Below the pieces are notes generated by a model. That model was not told where the DNA came from, searched no databases, and saw only the letters and a program-made list of their open reading frames with translations. From Candidatus Eiseniibacteriota bacterium (lineage in GTDB: Bacteria > Eisenbacteria > RBG-16-71-46 > SZUA-252), in contig DASTKC010000198.1 of assembly GCA_035716085.1 (NCBI GenBank), positions 1 to 41,091 on the forward strand: a stretch of DNA of 41,091 nucleotides, read 5' to 3'. The position numbers and the translations under genes were made by a program. How positions within the stretch are numbered: position 1 is the stretch's first letter; each line of letters opens with the position of its first letter. Below, in pieces: positions 1-8,423 of this stretch.

Positions 1-1113
1 GAGGCGCTCCAGTTCTACCAGTCCTGGCGCGTGTTCGCGGCGCAGGAGGGGCGCGAAGGCGACATGCTCCTCCGCATCTACGACGTGACGGCGCTCATGG
101 GGAGAACCCAGGATGCGCTCAAGGGCTACAACGACCTCGTGAACAAGTTTCCGCGCACGGCCGTCGCGTACGAGGCCCAGTTCCAGATCGGCTACCTGTA
201 CGAGACCGCGGTCCAGGATCTCGACGCCGCGGGCCGCGAGTACGACAAGCTGAAGAGCCAGCCGACGTCGGAGTTCCAGCAGCAGGCCATGCGCCGCTCG
301 CAAAGCCTGGCCGCGATCCGCACGTACCGGAACTCGCTCGCGTCCGACTCGACCGGAGCGCGCGCCCACGCCGCCTTCATGATGGCGGAGCTCAACTACT
401 TCCAGCTGGGGAAGCCGGATTCGGCAATCGTCCAGTACCAGCGCGTCGAGATGGAGTTTCCGCACAGCGTTTACGCGGCCAAGGCGGCGTACGCCCGCCT
501 CTGGATCGCGACCCAGGACAAAGGGGACACGCTGGAAGCGATGCGCATCGCGGACATGATGGGGCAACGCTACCGCGGAACGCCGTACGCCGAATCGGGC
601 CTCTATCTCTGGAAGCAGTGGAGCGGGCGCACCGACGAGCGGACCGCGCTCCTCGATTCGCTCCTCGCGAATCCGGACACGTCCCAGGTCGTCGTGCTGG
701 AGCCAGAGCTCGCCGATTCGACGTTCGCGTCTCCCGATTCCACGCTCATCCGACCCCAGACCTACGCCATGACGCCGGCGGACAGCGCGCGCATGGACTC
801 GCTCCGCCAGCACGCCCTCGAGATCCGCGAGCAGTACATGCGCGAGCACGGCGACAAGAAGCGCCCCAAGCCTCAGCAGCAGGTGCGGCCCCAGGGGCCC
901 ACGCCGCAGGTCCAGACGCCGACGCCCTCCGCGCCGAATGCCGCCGGCGGCGCGGCAGCGGCTGGCGCGGCCGCGGCGGGAGCCGCCGCCGCCGGAGGCT
1001 CGGCCCCCGCGGACAGCTCCACGAACCCAACGCCGCCGCCGTCCACCACCGCGGCTCCCGATTCGACAGCACGCCCCGACAGCACGACCCATGAGGACGA
1101 CACGGGTCCATGA
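1..1113 (+). CDS. TPR-repeat protein, 5'-partial, with a Pro/Thr/Ala-rich low-complexity C-terminal tail
   Basis: Frame 1 is open from base 1, so the gene starts upstream of the window. TPR-like helical repeats (AYEAQFQIGYLYE, AAFMMAELNYFQLGK, AAKAAYARLWI). The tail is PQQQVRPQGPTPQVQTPTPSAP...AAGGAAAAGAAAAGAAAAGG...TPPPSTT. The stop overlaps the pyrK start (ATGA). Confidence 0.65.
   Translation, partial: EALQFYQSWRVFAAQEGREGDMLLRIYDVTALMGRTQDALKGYNDLVNKFPRTAVAYEAQFQIGYLYETAVQDLDAAGREYDKLKSQPTSEFQQQAMRRSQSLAAIRTYRNSLASDSTGARAHAAFMMAELNYFQLGKPDSAIVQYQRVEMEFPHSVYAAKAAYARLWIATQDKGDTLEAMRIADMMGQRYRGTPYAESGLYLWKQWSGRTDERTALLDSLLANPDTSQVVVLEPELADSTFASPDSTLIRPQTYAMTPADSARMDSLRQHALEIREQYMREHGDKKRPKPQQQVRPQGPTPQVQTPTPSAPNAAGGAAAAGAAAAGAAAAGGSAPADSSTNPTPPPSTTAAPDSTARPDSTTHEDDTGP
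937..1000 (+). repeat. Imperfect GCN trinucleotide tract encoding an (Ala/Gly) run
   Basis: gccgccggcggcgcggcagcggctggcgcggccgcggcgggagccgccgccgccggaggc, translated as AAGGAAAAGAAAAGAAAAGG. Confidence 0.5.
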
Positions 1114-1916
1114 ACCTGGTCTCCTGCTCGGTCGTCTCCAATCACGAGCTCAACCCCGGCAACTTCCTCATCACCCTCAAGGTGCCGCGGGGCTTCGCGC
1201 GCCCTCAGCCGGGGCAATTCGTGCACCTGCGGGTGGGGGACGGCCTGGAGCCGCTCCTTCGCAGGCCGTACAGCCTCGAGGGCTTCATGGAGAAGGGCGC
1301 GCTTCGCGCGGTCCGGATCTACTACTCCGTCGTGGGGCGCGGATCCGGCGTCCTGGCCCGGCAGGAGAAGGGGACGAAGCTCGACTTGATCGGCCCGCTC
1401 GGCATCGGCTTCGCGCCGAGACCGCGCCGGCTGCCGATCCTCGTGGCCGGCGGGCGCGGCGTGGCGCCGCTCCTCTTCCTGAGCCGGAGGCTTCGGGAGC
1501 GGAAGCGTCCGTACGTCTTCCTGTACGGCGCGCGGTCGAAGACGGAGCTCTACGGCGTGCGCGAGGTCCGCGGCGGCCGGGTGCACTTGGCGACGGACGA
1601 CGGCTCGATCGGATACAAGGGGAGCGTGATGGATCTCCTCGCGCGCGAGTGGAGCGAGAGCGGGCACACGCCGCTCACGGCCGAGATCTTCACGTGCGGC
1701 CCGCACGGACTCCTTCACGCGATCTCCGATTTCGCGCGCGACCGGGGCATCCGGTGCGAGGCCTCGCTCGAGGGACCGATGGCGTGCGCCGTGGGCGCCT
1801 GCCGCGGATGCCCGGTGCCTCTCCTCCCGGGGGTGGACTCCGGACGCTATCCCGCCATGTGCCTCGAGGGGCCCGTCATGGATGCCACCGTCGTCGACTG
1901 GGCGAGGCTCCCATGA
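1110..1916 (+). CDS. pyrK: Dihydroorotate dehydrogenase (class 1B) electron-transfer subunit
   Basis: FAD/NAD ferredoxin-reductase fold motifs (RPYSL; GGRGVAPL). C-terminal 2Fe-2S cysteine cluster (MACAVGACRGCPV...MCLEGPV). ATGA overlap with pyrD. Confidence 0.88.
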   Translation: MNLVSCSVVSNHELNPGNFLITLKVPRGFARPQPGQFVHLRVGDGLEPLLRRPYSLEGFMEKGALRAVRIYYSVVGRGSGVLARQEKGTKLDLIGPLGIGFAPRPRRLPILVAGGRGVAPLLFLSRRLRERKRPYVFLYGARSKTELYGVREVRGGRVHLATDDGSIGYKGSVMDLLAREWSESGHTPLTAEIFTCGPHGLLHAISDFARDRGIRCEASLEGPMACAVGACRGCPVPLLPGVDSGRYPAMCLEGPVMDATVVDWARLP

Positions 1917-2893
1917 AGCCGTCGCTCGAAGTCCGGATCGGCGGGCTCACGCTCCGGAATCCCGTGCTCGTCGCGTCCGGCATCATCGGCTACGGGCGCG
2001 AGTACGAGCGGCTCACCGATCTCTCGCGCATCGGCGGCATCGTGACGAAGACGGTGACGCTCCGTCCGCGCGCCGGCAATCCGCCGCCGCGCGTGTGCGA
2101 GACGCCGTCCGGCATGCTCAACTCCATCGGGATCGAGAACCCCGGGCTCTCGGGCTACCTCGAGCAGAAGGTCCCGATCCTCCGCGAGCTCCCCTGCGCC
2201 GCCATCGTGAGCGTCGAAGGGGAGGACGTGGGCGAGTTCTGCGAGCTCGTGCGGGGCGTCGACGGAAGCGGCGCGGCGCACGCGATCGAGGTGAACATCT
2301 CCTGCCCCAACGTGGGCCCGCACGGAATGCGCTACTCGACCGATGCCGGCATGGCGCGCGAGGTGATGAGCGCGATCCGTCCGCTCACGAAGCTTCCGCT
2401 CATCGCCAAGCTCACCCCCAACGTCACGCGCATCGCCGAGATCGCGCAGGCGTGCGAGGACTGCGGCGCGGACGCGGTGTCGCTGGTGAACACGTTCGTC
2501 GGGATGGCCGTCGACGCGCGCACGCGAAAGCCGATCCTCGGCACGGTGCTCGGCGGACTCTCCGGACCCGCCATCAAGCCGCTCGCCCTGGCCAAGCTCT
2601 GGGAGACGGTCCAGGCGGTCGACATCCCGGTGGTCGGGATGGGCGGGATCGCCCGCCCGACCGACGCGGTGGAATTCCTGCTGACAGGCGCCACGGCCGT
2701 GGAGGTAGGCACGGCGATGTTCGCGAACCCGAGCCTCCCGGAGGAGTGCGTGGATGCGATCGAGGAGGCGGTGCGCCTGGCCGCGGGCACGAGCGTCGAC
2801 GATCTGATCGGCGCGCTCGAGGTCCCGGAAGGACGCGGGGTGATCCGGGCCGGACGCGGGGCGCGGCGCGAGCCGGGGAGGCACGCGTCGTGA
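1913..2893 (+). CDS. pyrD: Dihydroorotate dehydrogenase catalytic subunit
   Basis: GLTLRNPVLVASG, GGIVTKTVT, GMLNSIGIENPG, EVNISCPN, VNT, GLSGPAIKP and GMGGI motifs. ATG at 1913 overlaps the pyrK stop. Confidence 0.92.
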   Translation: MKPSLEVRIGGLTLRNPVLVASGIIGYGREYERLTDLSRIGGIVTKTVTLRPRAGNPPPRVCETPSGMLNSIGIENPGLSGYLEQKVPILRELPCAAIVSVEGEDVGEFCELVRGVDGSGAAHAIEVNISCPNVGPHGMRYSTDAGMAREVMSAIRPLTKLPLIAKLTPNVTRIAEIAQACEDCGADAVSLVNTFVGMAVDARTRKPILGTVLGGLSGPAIKPLALAKLWETVQAVDIPVVGMGGIARPTDAVEFLLTGATAVEVGTAMFANPSLPEECVDAIEEAVRLAAGTSVDDLIGALEVPEGRGVIRAGRGARREPGRHAS

Positions 2894-3618
2894 GCTTGCG
2901 CGATCGGCTGATCGTCGCACTCGACATGCCCGATCTGGAGCACGCGGTCGCGCACGTGGACCGGCTCGGCGCGGGCGTTCTCTGGTACAAGGTCGGGCTC
3001 CAGCTCTTCTACGCTTCCGGGCGCCGCGCGGTCGAGACGATCGCCGGGCGCGGCAAGAACGTCTTCCTCGATCTCAAGTTCCACGACATCCCGGCCACGG
3101 TGGAGAAGGCGATCCGCGCGCTCGATGGCCTCCCGATCTCGCTCCTCACCGTGCACGCCGCGGGCGGCCCCGCGATGCTCGAGGCTGCCGCTCGTGCGGC
3201 GCGCTCGATCGGCTCCCAGCCGACCGTGCTCGGCGTGACCGTGCTCACGAGCCTGGACGGGAACGAGCTTCCGGGCGTCTGGGATCCAGGCACCGATCTC
3301 GAGGCGAAGGTGCTCGCGTTCGCGAAGCTCTGCGCGGACGCCGGCGTCGGAGGCGTGGTCGCGTCTCCACGCGAGCTCGCAGCGCTTCGACGCGCGCATC
3401 CGGCTCCGTTCCGGATCGTGACGCCCGGCATCCGCGGTCCCGAGGATCGATCCCACGATCAGAAGCGGACTCTTTCGATCGGCGAAGCCTTCGCGCTCGG
3501 CGCCGATCACATCGTCGTCGGCCGCCCGATCCTCGAAGCGGCCGATCCCAAGGCGGTCCTCGCGGCCTACGAAGCGGCGGCGGGCCTCCATTCCTCCACC
3601 GAAAGGATGATCGGATGA
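2890..3618 (+). CDS. pyrF: Orotidine 5'-phosphate decarboxylase
   Basis: LIVALDMPD, WYKVG, VFLDLKFHDIP, LLTVHA, IVTPGIR, HIVVGRPI. GTG at 2890 overlaps the pyrD stop (GTGA). Confidence 0.9.
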   Translation: MSLRDRLIVALDMPDLEHAVAHVDRLGAGVLWYKVGLQLFYASGRRAVETIAGRGKNVFLDLKFHDIPATVEKAIRALDGLPISLLTVHAAGGPAMLEAAARAARSIGSQPTVLGVTVLTSLDGNELPGVWDPGTDLEAKVLAFAKLCADAGVGGVVASPRELAALRRAHPAPFRIVTPGIRGPEDRSHDQKRTLSIGEAFALGADHIVVGRPILEAADPKAVLAAYEAAAGLHSSTERMIG

Positions 3619-4565
3619 AGGTCCTGGTGACCGGGATCACCGGTTTCGCAGGCAGCCACCTGGTCGACTACCTGCTCACGATCCCCGGCGTCGAGATCTC
3701 CGGCATCCTCCGCTGGCGAAGCCGCACCGAGAACATCGAGCACTTCATGGACAAGGTGCGGCTGGTCGAGTGCGACCTTCGCGACGCGTCCTCGGTGCGC
3801 GACGCGATCGACGAGCTCCGCCCGGACCGCATCTTCCATCTGGCGGCGCAGAGCTTCGTGCCCACGTCGTGGACGGCGCCGACCGAATCGCTCGTCACCA
3901 ACGTCATCGGCCAGCTCAACCTCTTCGAGGCGGTGAAGAAGCTCGGCATCAAGCCGCGGATCCAGCTGGCCTGCTCGAGCGAGCAGTACGGGATGGTCTA
4001 CGAAGACGAGCTTCCCATCCGCGAGACCAATCCGCTCCGGCCGCTCTCGCCCTACGCGGTGAGCAAGGTGGGGCAGGACGCTCTCGGCTACCAGTACTGG
4101 ATGAGCTTCGGGATTCCGATCGTGCGCACGCGCGGCTTCAACCACGAAGGCCCGCGCCGCGGACCGGTCTTCGTCTGCTCGGATTTCGCGCGGCAGGTCG
4201 CCGACATCGAGAAGGGACGGAAGGCGCCGGTGATCCGCGTGGGGAATCTCGACGCCCGCCGCGACTTCACCGACGTGCGCGACATCGTGCGCGGATACTG
4301 GCTCTCCCTCGAGAAGGCCGAGATGGGCGAGGTCTACAATCTCTGCTCCGGCAAGGACTGGACGATCCGCGCGATGCTCGATCTCCTTCTCTCGATGTCC
4401 AACGTGAAGGTGAAGGTGGAGCAGGATCCGGCGCGCATGCGCCCGAGCGACGTGCCGGTGCTCCTCGGCGATGCCTCCAAGTTTCACAAGGCGACCGGAT
4501 GGAAGCCGGAGATCCCCTTCGAGCAGACGCTCCGGGACCTGCTCGAGTACTGGCGGGCCCGGTAG
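3615..4565 (+). CDS. Extended SDR, GDP-mannose 4,6-dehydratase / GDP-4-dehydro-6-deoxy-D-mannose reductase (Gmd/Rmd-like) family
   Basis: VLVTGITGFAGSHL Rossmann motif, catalytic YAVSK. FNHEGPRRG...FARQVADIE...VGNLDARRDFTDVRDIV resembles Rmd-type reductases I recall. ATGA overlap with pyrF. Confidence 0.82.
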   Translation: MKVLVTGITGFAGSHLVDYLLTIPGVEISGILRWRSRTENIEHFMDKVRLVECDLRDASSVRDAIDELRPDRIFHLAAQSFVPTSWTAPTESLVTNVIGQLNLFEAVKKLGIKPRIQLACSSEQYGMVYEDELPIRETNPLRPLSPYAVSKVGQDALGYQYWMSFGIPIVRTRGFNHEGPRRGPVFVCSDFARQVADIEKGRKAPVIRVGNLDARRDFTDVRDIVRGYWLSLEKAEMGEVYNLCSGKDWTIRAMLDLLLSMSNVKVKVEQDPARMRPSDVPVLLGDASKFHKATGWKPEIPFEQTLRDLLEYWRAR

Positions 4566-4568
4566 CCG

Positions 4569-5543
4569 TTGCGTCTCTTCATCACGGGGGTGGCCGGTTT
4601 CGCGGGCGGCCATCTGCTCGAGCATCTCGCGGAAGTAGGTGGCTTCGAAGTCCACGGAGCGGATCACGCTCCGCTCGAGGCGCACCCGAACGCGGCCGCG
4701 CTCCGCGCGCGGCTCGCCTCCTATGGCGCGCTCGACATCACGAGCGCCGATGCGGTGGATTCCTGGCTCACCCCAAGGAAGCCTGACGCCCTGATCCATC
4801 TCGCGGCCCAGGCTTCGGGCGCGGACGCGCTCGAGAAGCCGGTCGCGACCTACGACGTCAATGTCATGGGCACGCTCCACGTCCTGGAAGCCCTCCGCCG
4901 CACGGCGCCCTCCGCGCGCGTGCTCGTGACGGGCTCGGCCGACGTCTATGGCTCGGGCGCGGCGGGCGGGCGCATCCGCGAGGACGCCCCGCTTCGGCCG
5001 GCCAACCCGTACGCCGGGAGCAAGGCCGCGCAGGACGTGATCGCCGAGATCTACGCTGCGACCTTCCACCTTCCGGTCATCCGGACGCGCACGTTCTCGC
5101 ACACGGGGCCCGGGCAGAGGCCTCGCTTCGCGCTCGCGGGTTTCGCGGATCAGCTCGCCCGGATCGACGCCGGGTTCGCACCGCCCGAGATCCGTGTCGG
5201 CAATCTCGATGTCACGCGGGAGTATGGGGACGTCCGGGACGTGGTCCGGGCCTATGTCCTCCTCCTCCAGCGCGGCGAGCCGGGCGCGGCCTATAATGTC
5301 GCCACGGGCCAGGGCCACAAGCTCCGGGACCTTCTCGACCGCTTGATCGAGATCTCCGGAGTCGCGGCCACGGTCGTCGTCGATCCGTCGCGGGTGCGAT
5401 CCCGCGACGCGGACCATCTCGTGGGAGATCCGGCCAAGCTCGTGAGCGCGACCGGCTGGAAGCCTCTTCGTTCCATCGAACAGACACTGTCCGATCTCTA
5501 CCGGGACGCGCGCGATCGCGTGCTCTCCCAAGCGAAGGCCTAG
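4569..5543 (+). CDS. Second Gmd/Rmd-like extended SDR (tandem paralog)
   Basis: TTG start. ITGVAGFAGGHL, YAGSK, FSHTGPGQ, FADQLARID, VGNLDVTREYGDVRDVV. Colinear with the preceding gene. Confidence 0.78.
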   Translation: MRLFITGVAGFAGGHLLEHLAEVGGFEVHGADHAPLEAHPNAAALRARLASYGALDITSADAVDSWLTPRKPDALIHLAAQASGADALEKPVATYDVNVMGTLHVLEALRRTAPSARVLVTGSADVYGSGAAGGRIREDAPLRPANPYAGSKAAQDVIAEIYAATFHLPVIRTRTFSHTGPGQRPRFALAGFADQLARIDAGFAPPEIRVGNLDVTREYGDVRDVVRAYVLLLQRGEPGAAYNVATGQGHKLRDLLDRLIEISGVAATVVVDPSRVRSRDADHLVGDPAKLVSATGWKPLRSIEQTLSDLYRDARDRVLSQAKA

Positions 5544-5553
5544 GAGCCGCCCC

Positions 5554-6870
5554 TTGCGGATCACGATCGTGGGAACTGGCTACGTCGGGCTCGTCACCGG
5601 AGCCGGGTTCGCCGATTTCGGCAACCAGGTGCTCTGCGTCGACGTGGACCGCGCGAAGATCGAGACGCTGGAGCGCGGCCAGCTCCCGTTCTATGAGCCC
5701 GGCCTGGACGACCTGATCGCGCGGAACGTGCGCGAGCGGCGGCTTCGATTCGGGCTCTCGCTCGAGGAGGCGACCCGCTGGGGCGAGGCGATTTTCATCT
5801 GCGTCGGGACGCCCCAGGGGGAAGACGGGCGCGCCGACCTCAAGTACGTCGACGCGGCCGCGCGCGTCATCGGGCGGGCCATGAACGGCTACCGGCTCAT
5901 CGTCCAGAAGAGCACGGTCCCGGTCGGCACCGCGGAGCGCGTGCGCGGGATCGTGAAGAAGAACGCGAAACGCGGAATGAAGTTCGACGTCGCCTCCAAC
6001 CCCGAGTTCCTCCGCGAGGGGACCGCCGTCGAGAACTGGATGCGCCCCGACCGCGTGGTCATCGGAGCCGATTCCACCCGGGCGCGGCAGCTCCTCCGCG
6101 AGATCTACTCGCCCCTCTATCTCATCGAGACGCCGATGGTGCTCACCGATGTGCGCACCGCGGAGCTCATCAAGTACGCGGCCAACGCGTTCCTCGCGAC
6201 CAAGATCTCGTTCATCAACGAGATGGCGAACCTGTCGGAGGCGCTCGGTGCCGACGTGAAGGACGTGGCCAAGGCGATGGGGCTGGACCGCCGCATCGGG
6301 CCCAAGTTCCTCCATCCGGGGCCTGGATTCGGAGGCTCGTGCCTGCCGAAGGACACGCGCGCCATGACCGGATTCGCGAAGAAAGCGGGCGTGAAGCTCC
6401 GGATCGTCCAGGCCGCGGTCGAGACCAACGACGCGCAGCAGGACATCGCCGTCGGGAAGGTGATGGACGCGCTCCCGGGAGCCCGGAAGTCGCGCACCGC
6501 CGCCATCCTGGGCCTCTCGTACAAGCCCGACACGGACGACCTGCGCGAGGCGCCAGCGCTCCACATCATCCGCGCGCTCTTGAAGCGCGGGGTGCGCGTG
6601 CGCGCGTACGATCCGGTCGTGCGCGAAGGGGCCGCGGGCGTCCCGGCGGGGATCACCTTCGCGGAGAACGCGTACGACGCGGCCAAGGGAGCGGACGCGC
6701 TGGTCATCGTCACGGAGTGGAACGAATTCCGAAGGCTCGACCTCGCGAGGATCAAGAGGGCCATGCGGCGGCGGGCGATCGTCGATCTGCGCAACATCTA
6801 CGACCCGGCTTCGGTCCGGAAGCTCGGGTTCGACTACACCTCGGTGGGGAGACCAAATGAAGCTGATTGA
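5554..6870 (+). CDS. ugd: UDP-glucose 6-dehydrogenase
   Basis: TTG start. IVGTGYVGLVTGAGFA, FICVGTP, NPEFLREG, GFGGSCLPKD, YKPDTDDLREAP. Confidence 0.88.
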   Translation: MRITIVGTGYVGLVTGAGFADFGNQVLCVDVDRAKIETLERGQLPFYEPGLDDLIARNVRERRLRFGLSLEEATRWGEAIFICVGTPQGEDGRADLKYVDAAARVIGRAMNGYRLIVQKSTVPVGTAERVRGIVKKNAKRGMKFDVASNPEFLREGTAVENWMRPDRVVIGADSTRARQLLREIYSPLYLIETPMVLTDVRTAELIKYAANAFLATKISFINEMANLSEALGADVKDVAKAMGLDRRIGPKFLHPGPGFGGSCLPKDTRAMTGFAKKAGVKLRIVQAAVETNDAQQDIAVGKVMDALPGARKSRTAAILGLSYKPDTDDLREAPALHIIRALLKRGVRVRAYDPVVREGAAGVPAGITFAENAYDAAKGADALVIVTEWNEFRRLDLARIKRAMRRRAIVDLRNIYDPASVRKLGFDYTSVGRPNEAD

Positions 6871-7318
6871 CGGAGTGGTGGTGAAGCCGCTCAAGGTGAT
6901 CGCCGACGAGCGCGGGTACTTGATGGAGATGATGCGGAAGGACGACCCCTTCTTCCAGCGGTTCGGCCAGACGTACGTCTCGGTCGCGTATCCGGGCGTT
7001 GTGAAGGGGTGGCACTATCACAAGATCCAGACCGATCACTTCGTGATCGTGAAGGGGATGATGAAGGTCGTGATGTACGACGACCGCGAGAAGTCGCCGA
7101 CCAAGGGGGTCGTGAACGAATTCTTCATGGGCGAGCGCAATCCGATCCTCGTGACGATCCCGCCCGGGGTGTGGCACGGCATGAAGGGAATCGGCAGCGA
7201 GCCCGCCATGCTCGTCAACTGCCCGACCGAGCCCTACAACTACAAGGAGCCGGACGAGTATCGCTGCGACCCGCACAAGAACGACATCCCCTACGACTGG
7301 GCGCAGAAGGATGGCTGA
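6857..7318 (+). CDS. RmlC-like cupin, dTDP-4-dehydrorhamnose 3,5-epimerase-like sugar epimerase/isomerase
   Basis: DERGYLMEM, KGWHYHK, short 153 aa cupin. Overlaps the ugd 3' end by 14 nt and the rmlB start by 8 nt. Confidence 0.75.
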   Translation: MKLIDGVVVKPLKVIADERGYLMEMMRKDDPFFQRFGQTYVSVAYPGVVKGWHYHKIQTDHFVIVKGMMKVVMYDDREKSPTKGVVNEFFMGERNPILVTIPPGVWHGMKGIGSEPAMLVNCPTEPYNYKEPDEYRCDPHKNDIPYDWAQKDG

Positions 7319-8342
7319 GCGCCTGGATCTCAACCGGTCGCGCCTCCTCGTCACGGGCGGCGCTGGCTTCATCGGCAGCAACTTCGTCCACCATCTCCGC
7401 CAGTCGTACCCCCAGGCGGCGATCACGGTGCTGGACAAGCTCACCTACGCCGGGAACCTCGCCAATCTCGAGGTGGTGAAGGACGACCCCGGCTACCGCT
7501 TCGTGAAGGGGGACATCTGCGACCGGAAGGTCGTGGCCGAGGCGATGGAGGGGTGCGACTTCGTCGTGAACTTCGCCGCAGAGACGCATGTCGACCGCTC
7601 GATCGATCACGCGGAGGACTTCGTCCTCACGGACACGTACGGCGTGTGGGTGCTCCTCGAGGAGGCGCGCAAGCGCAAGCTCACGCGGTTCCTCCAGGTC
7701 TCGACCGACGAGGTCTACGGCGAGATCCTGGACGGCGAGGCCACCGAGGAATCGCCGCTCCTCGCGCGGAATCCCTACGCCGCGTCCAAGATCGGCGGCG
7801 ACCGGCTCGCGTATTCCTACTTCGCGACCTTCCAGACGCCGACGATCGTGACGCGCTGCAGCAACAACTACGGCCCCTACCAGTATCCCGAGAAGCTGAT
7901 CCCGCTCTTCGTGACCAACGCGCTCGAGGACAAGACGCTTCCGGTCTACGGAAGCGGAAGGAACACGCGCGACTGGATTCACGTCCTCGATCACTGCCGC
8001 GCGATCACCGCCATCCTCGAGTCTCCGGGCGTGGAAGGGCACACGTTCAACATCGCCGGGAACAACGAGCGCTCGGTGAACCAGATCGCGGATCTCATCT
8101 TGAAGCGGCTCGGAAAGCCGGAGTCGCTCTTGAAGAGCGTGACCGACCGGCCAGGACATGATCGGCGCTACGCGATCGACGCGTCGAAGCTCGAGCGGAT
8201 GACCGGCTTCAAGCCGCAGGTGGAGTTCGCGACCGGAATCACCGAGACGATCGACTGGTACAAGACCCATCGCTCCTGGTGGGAGGCGATCCGCTCCGGC
8301 GAGTTCCGCCATTACTACGAGAAGATGTACGGCGCCCGCTAA
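7311..8342 (+). CDS. rfbB: dTDP-glucose 4,6-dehydratase
   Basis: VTGGAGFIGSNF, FAAETHVDRS, STDEVYG, YAASK, SNNYGPYQYPEKLIP, GSGRNTRDWIHVLDH, DRPGHDRRYAID. Confidence 0.92.
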   Translation: MAERLDLNRSRLLVTGGAGFIGSNFVHHLRQSYPQAAITVLDKLTYAGNLANLEVVKDDPGYRFVKGDICDRKVVAEAMEGCDFVVNFAAETHVDRSIDHAEDFVLTDTYGVWVLLEEARKRKLTRFLQVSTDEVYGEILDGEATEESPLLARNPYAASKIGGDRLAYSYFATFQTPTIVTRCSNNYGPYQYPEKLIPLFVTNALEDKTLPVYGSGRNTRDWIHVLDHCRAITAILESPGVEGHTFNIAGNNERSVNQIADLILKRLGKPESLLKSVTDRPGHDRRYAIDASKLERMTGFKPQVEFATGITETIDWYKTHRSWWEAIRSGEFRHYYEKMYGAR

Positions 8343-8423
8343 GGGAATGTAGGGAGGGAAGCCCCCCTGCGCCGCCTCGTCCGCTCCACGGCGATCCTGG
8401 GCTTCGGCTCGATCGCCACGATC

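Noticed and set aside
3567-5564. 665-aa minus-strand ORF antisense to the two SDR genes. Similar cases: 5212-6894(-), 12828-14405(-), 15184-17346(-), 21934-23313(-), 28545-30014(-), 31121-32848(-), 32479-34071(-), 33869-35026(-), 34903-36030(-).
   Set aside because: Their Arg/Pro/Gly/Asp/His-rich composition is typical of off-frame translation in ~70% GC DNA. Each lies opposite a gene with clear family motifs, and none carries a motif of its own.
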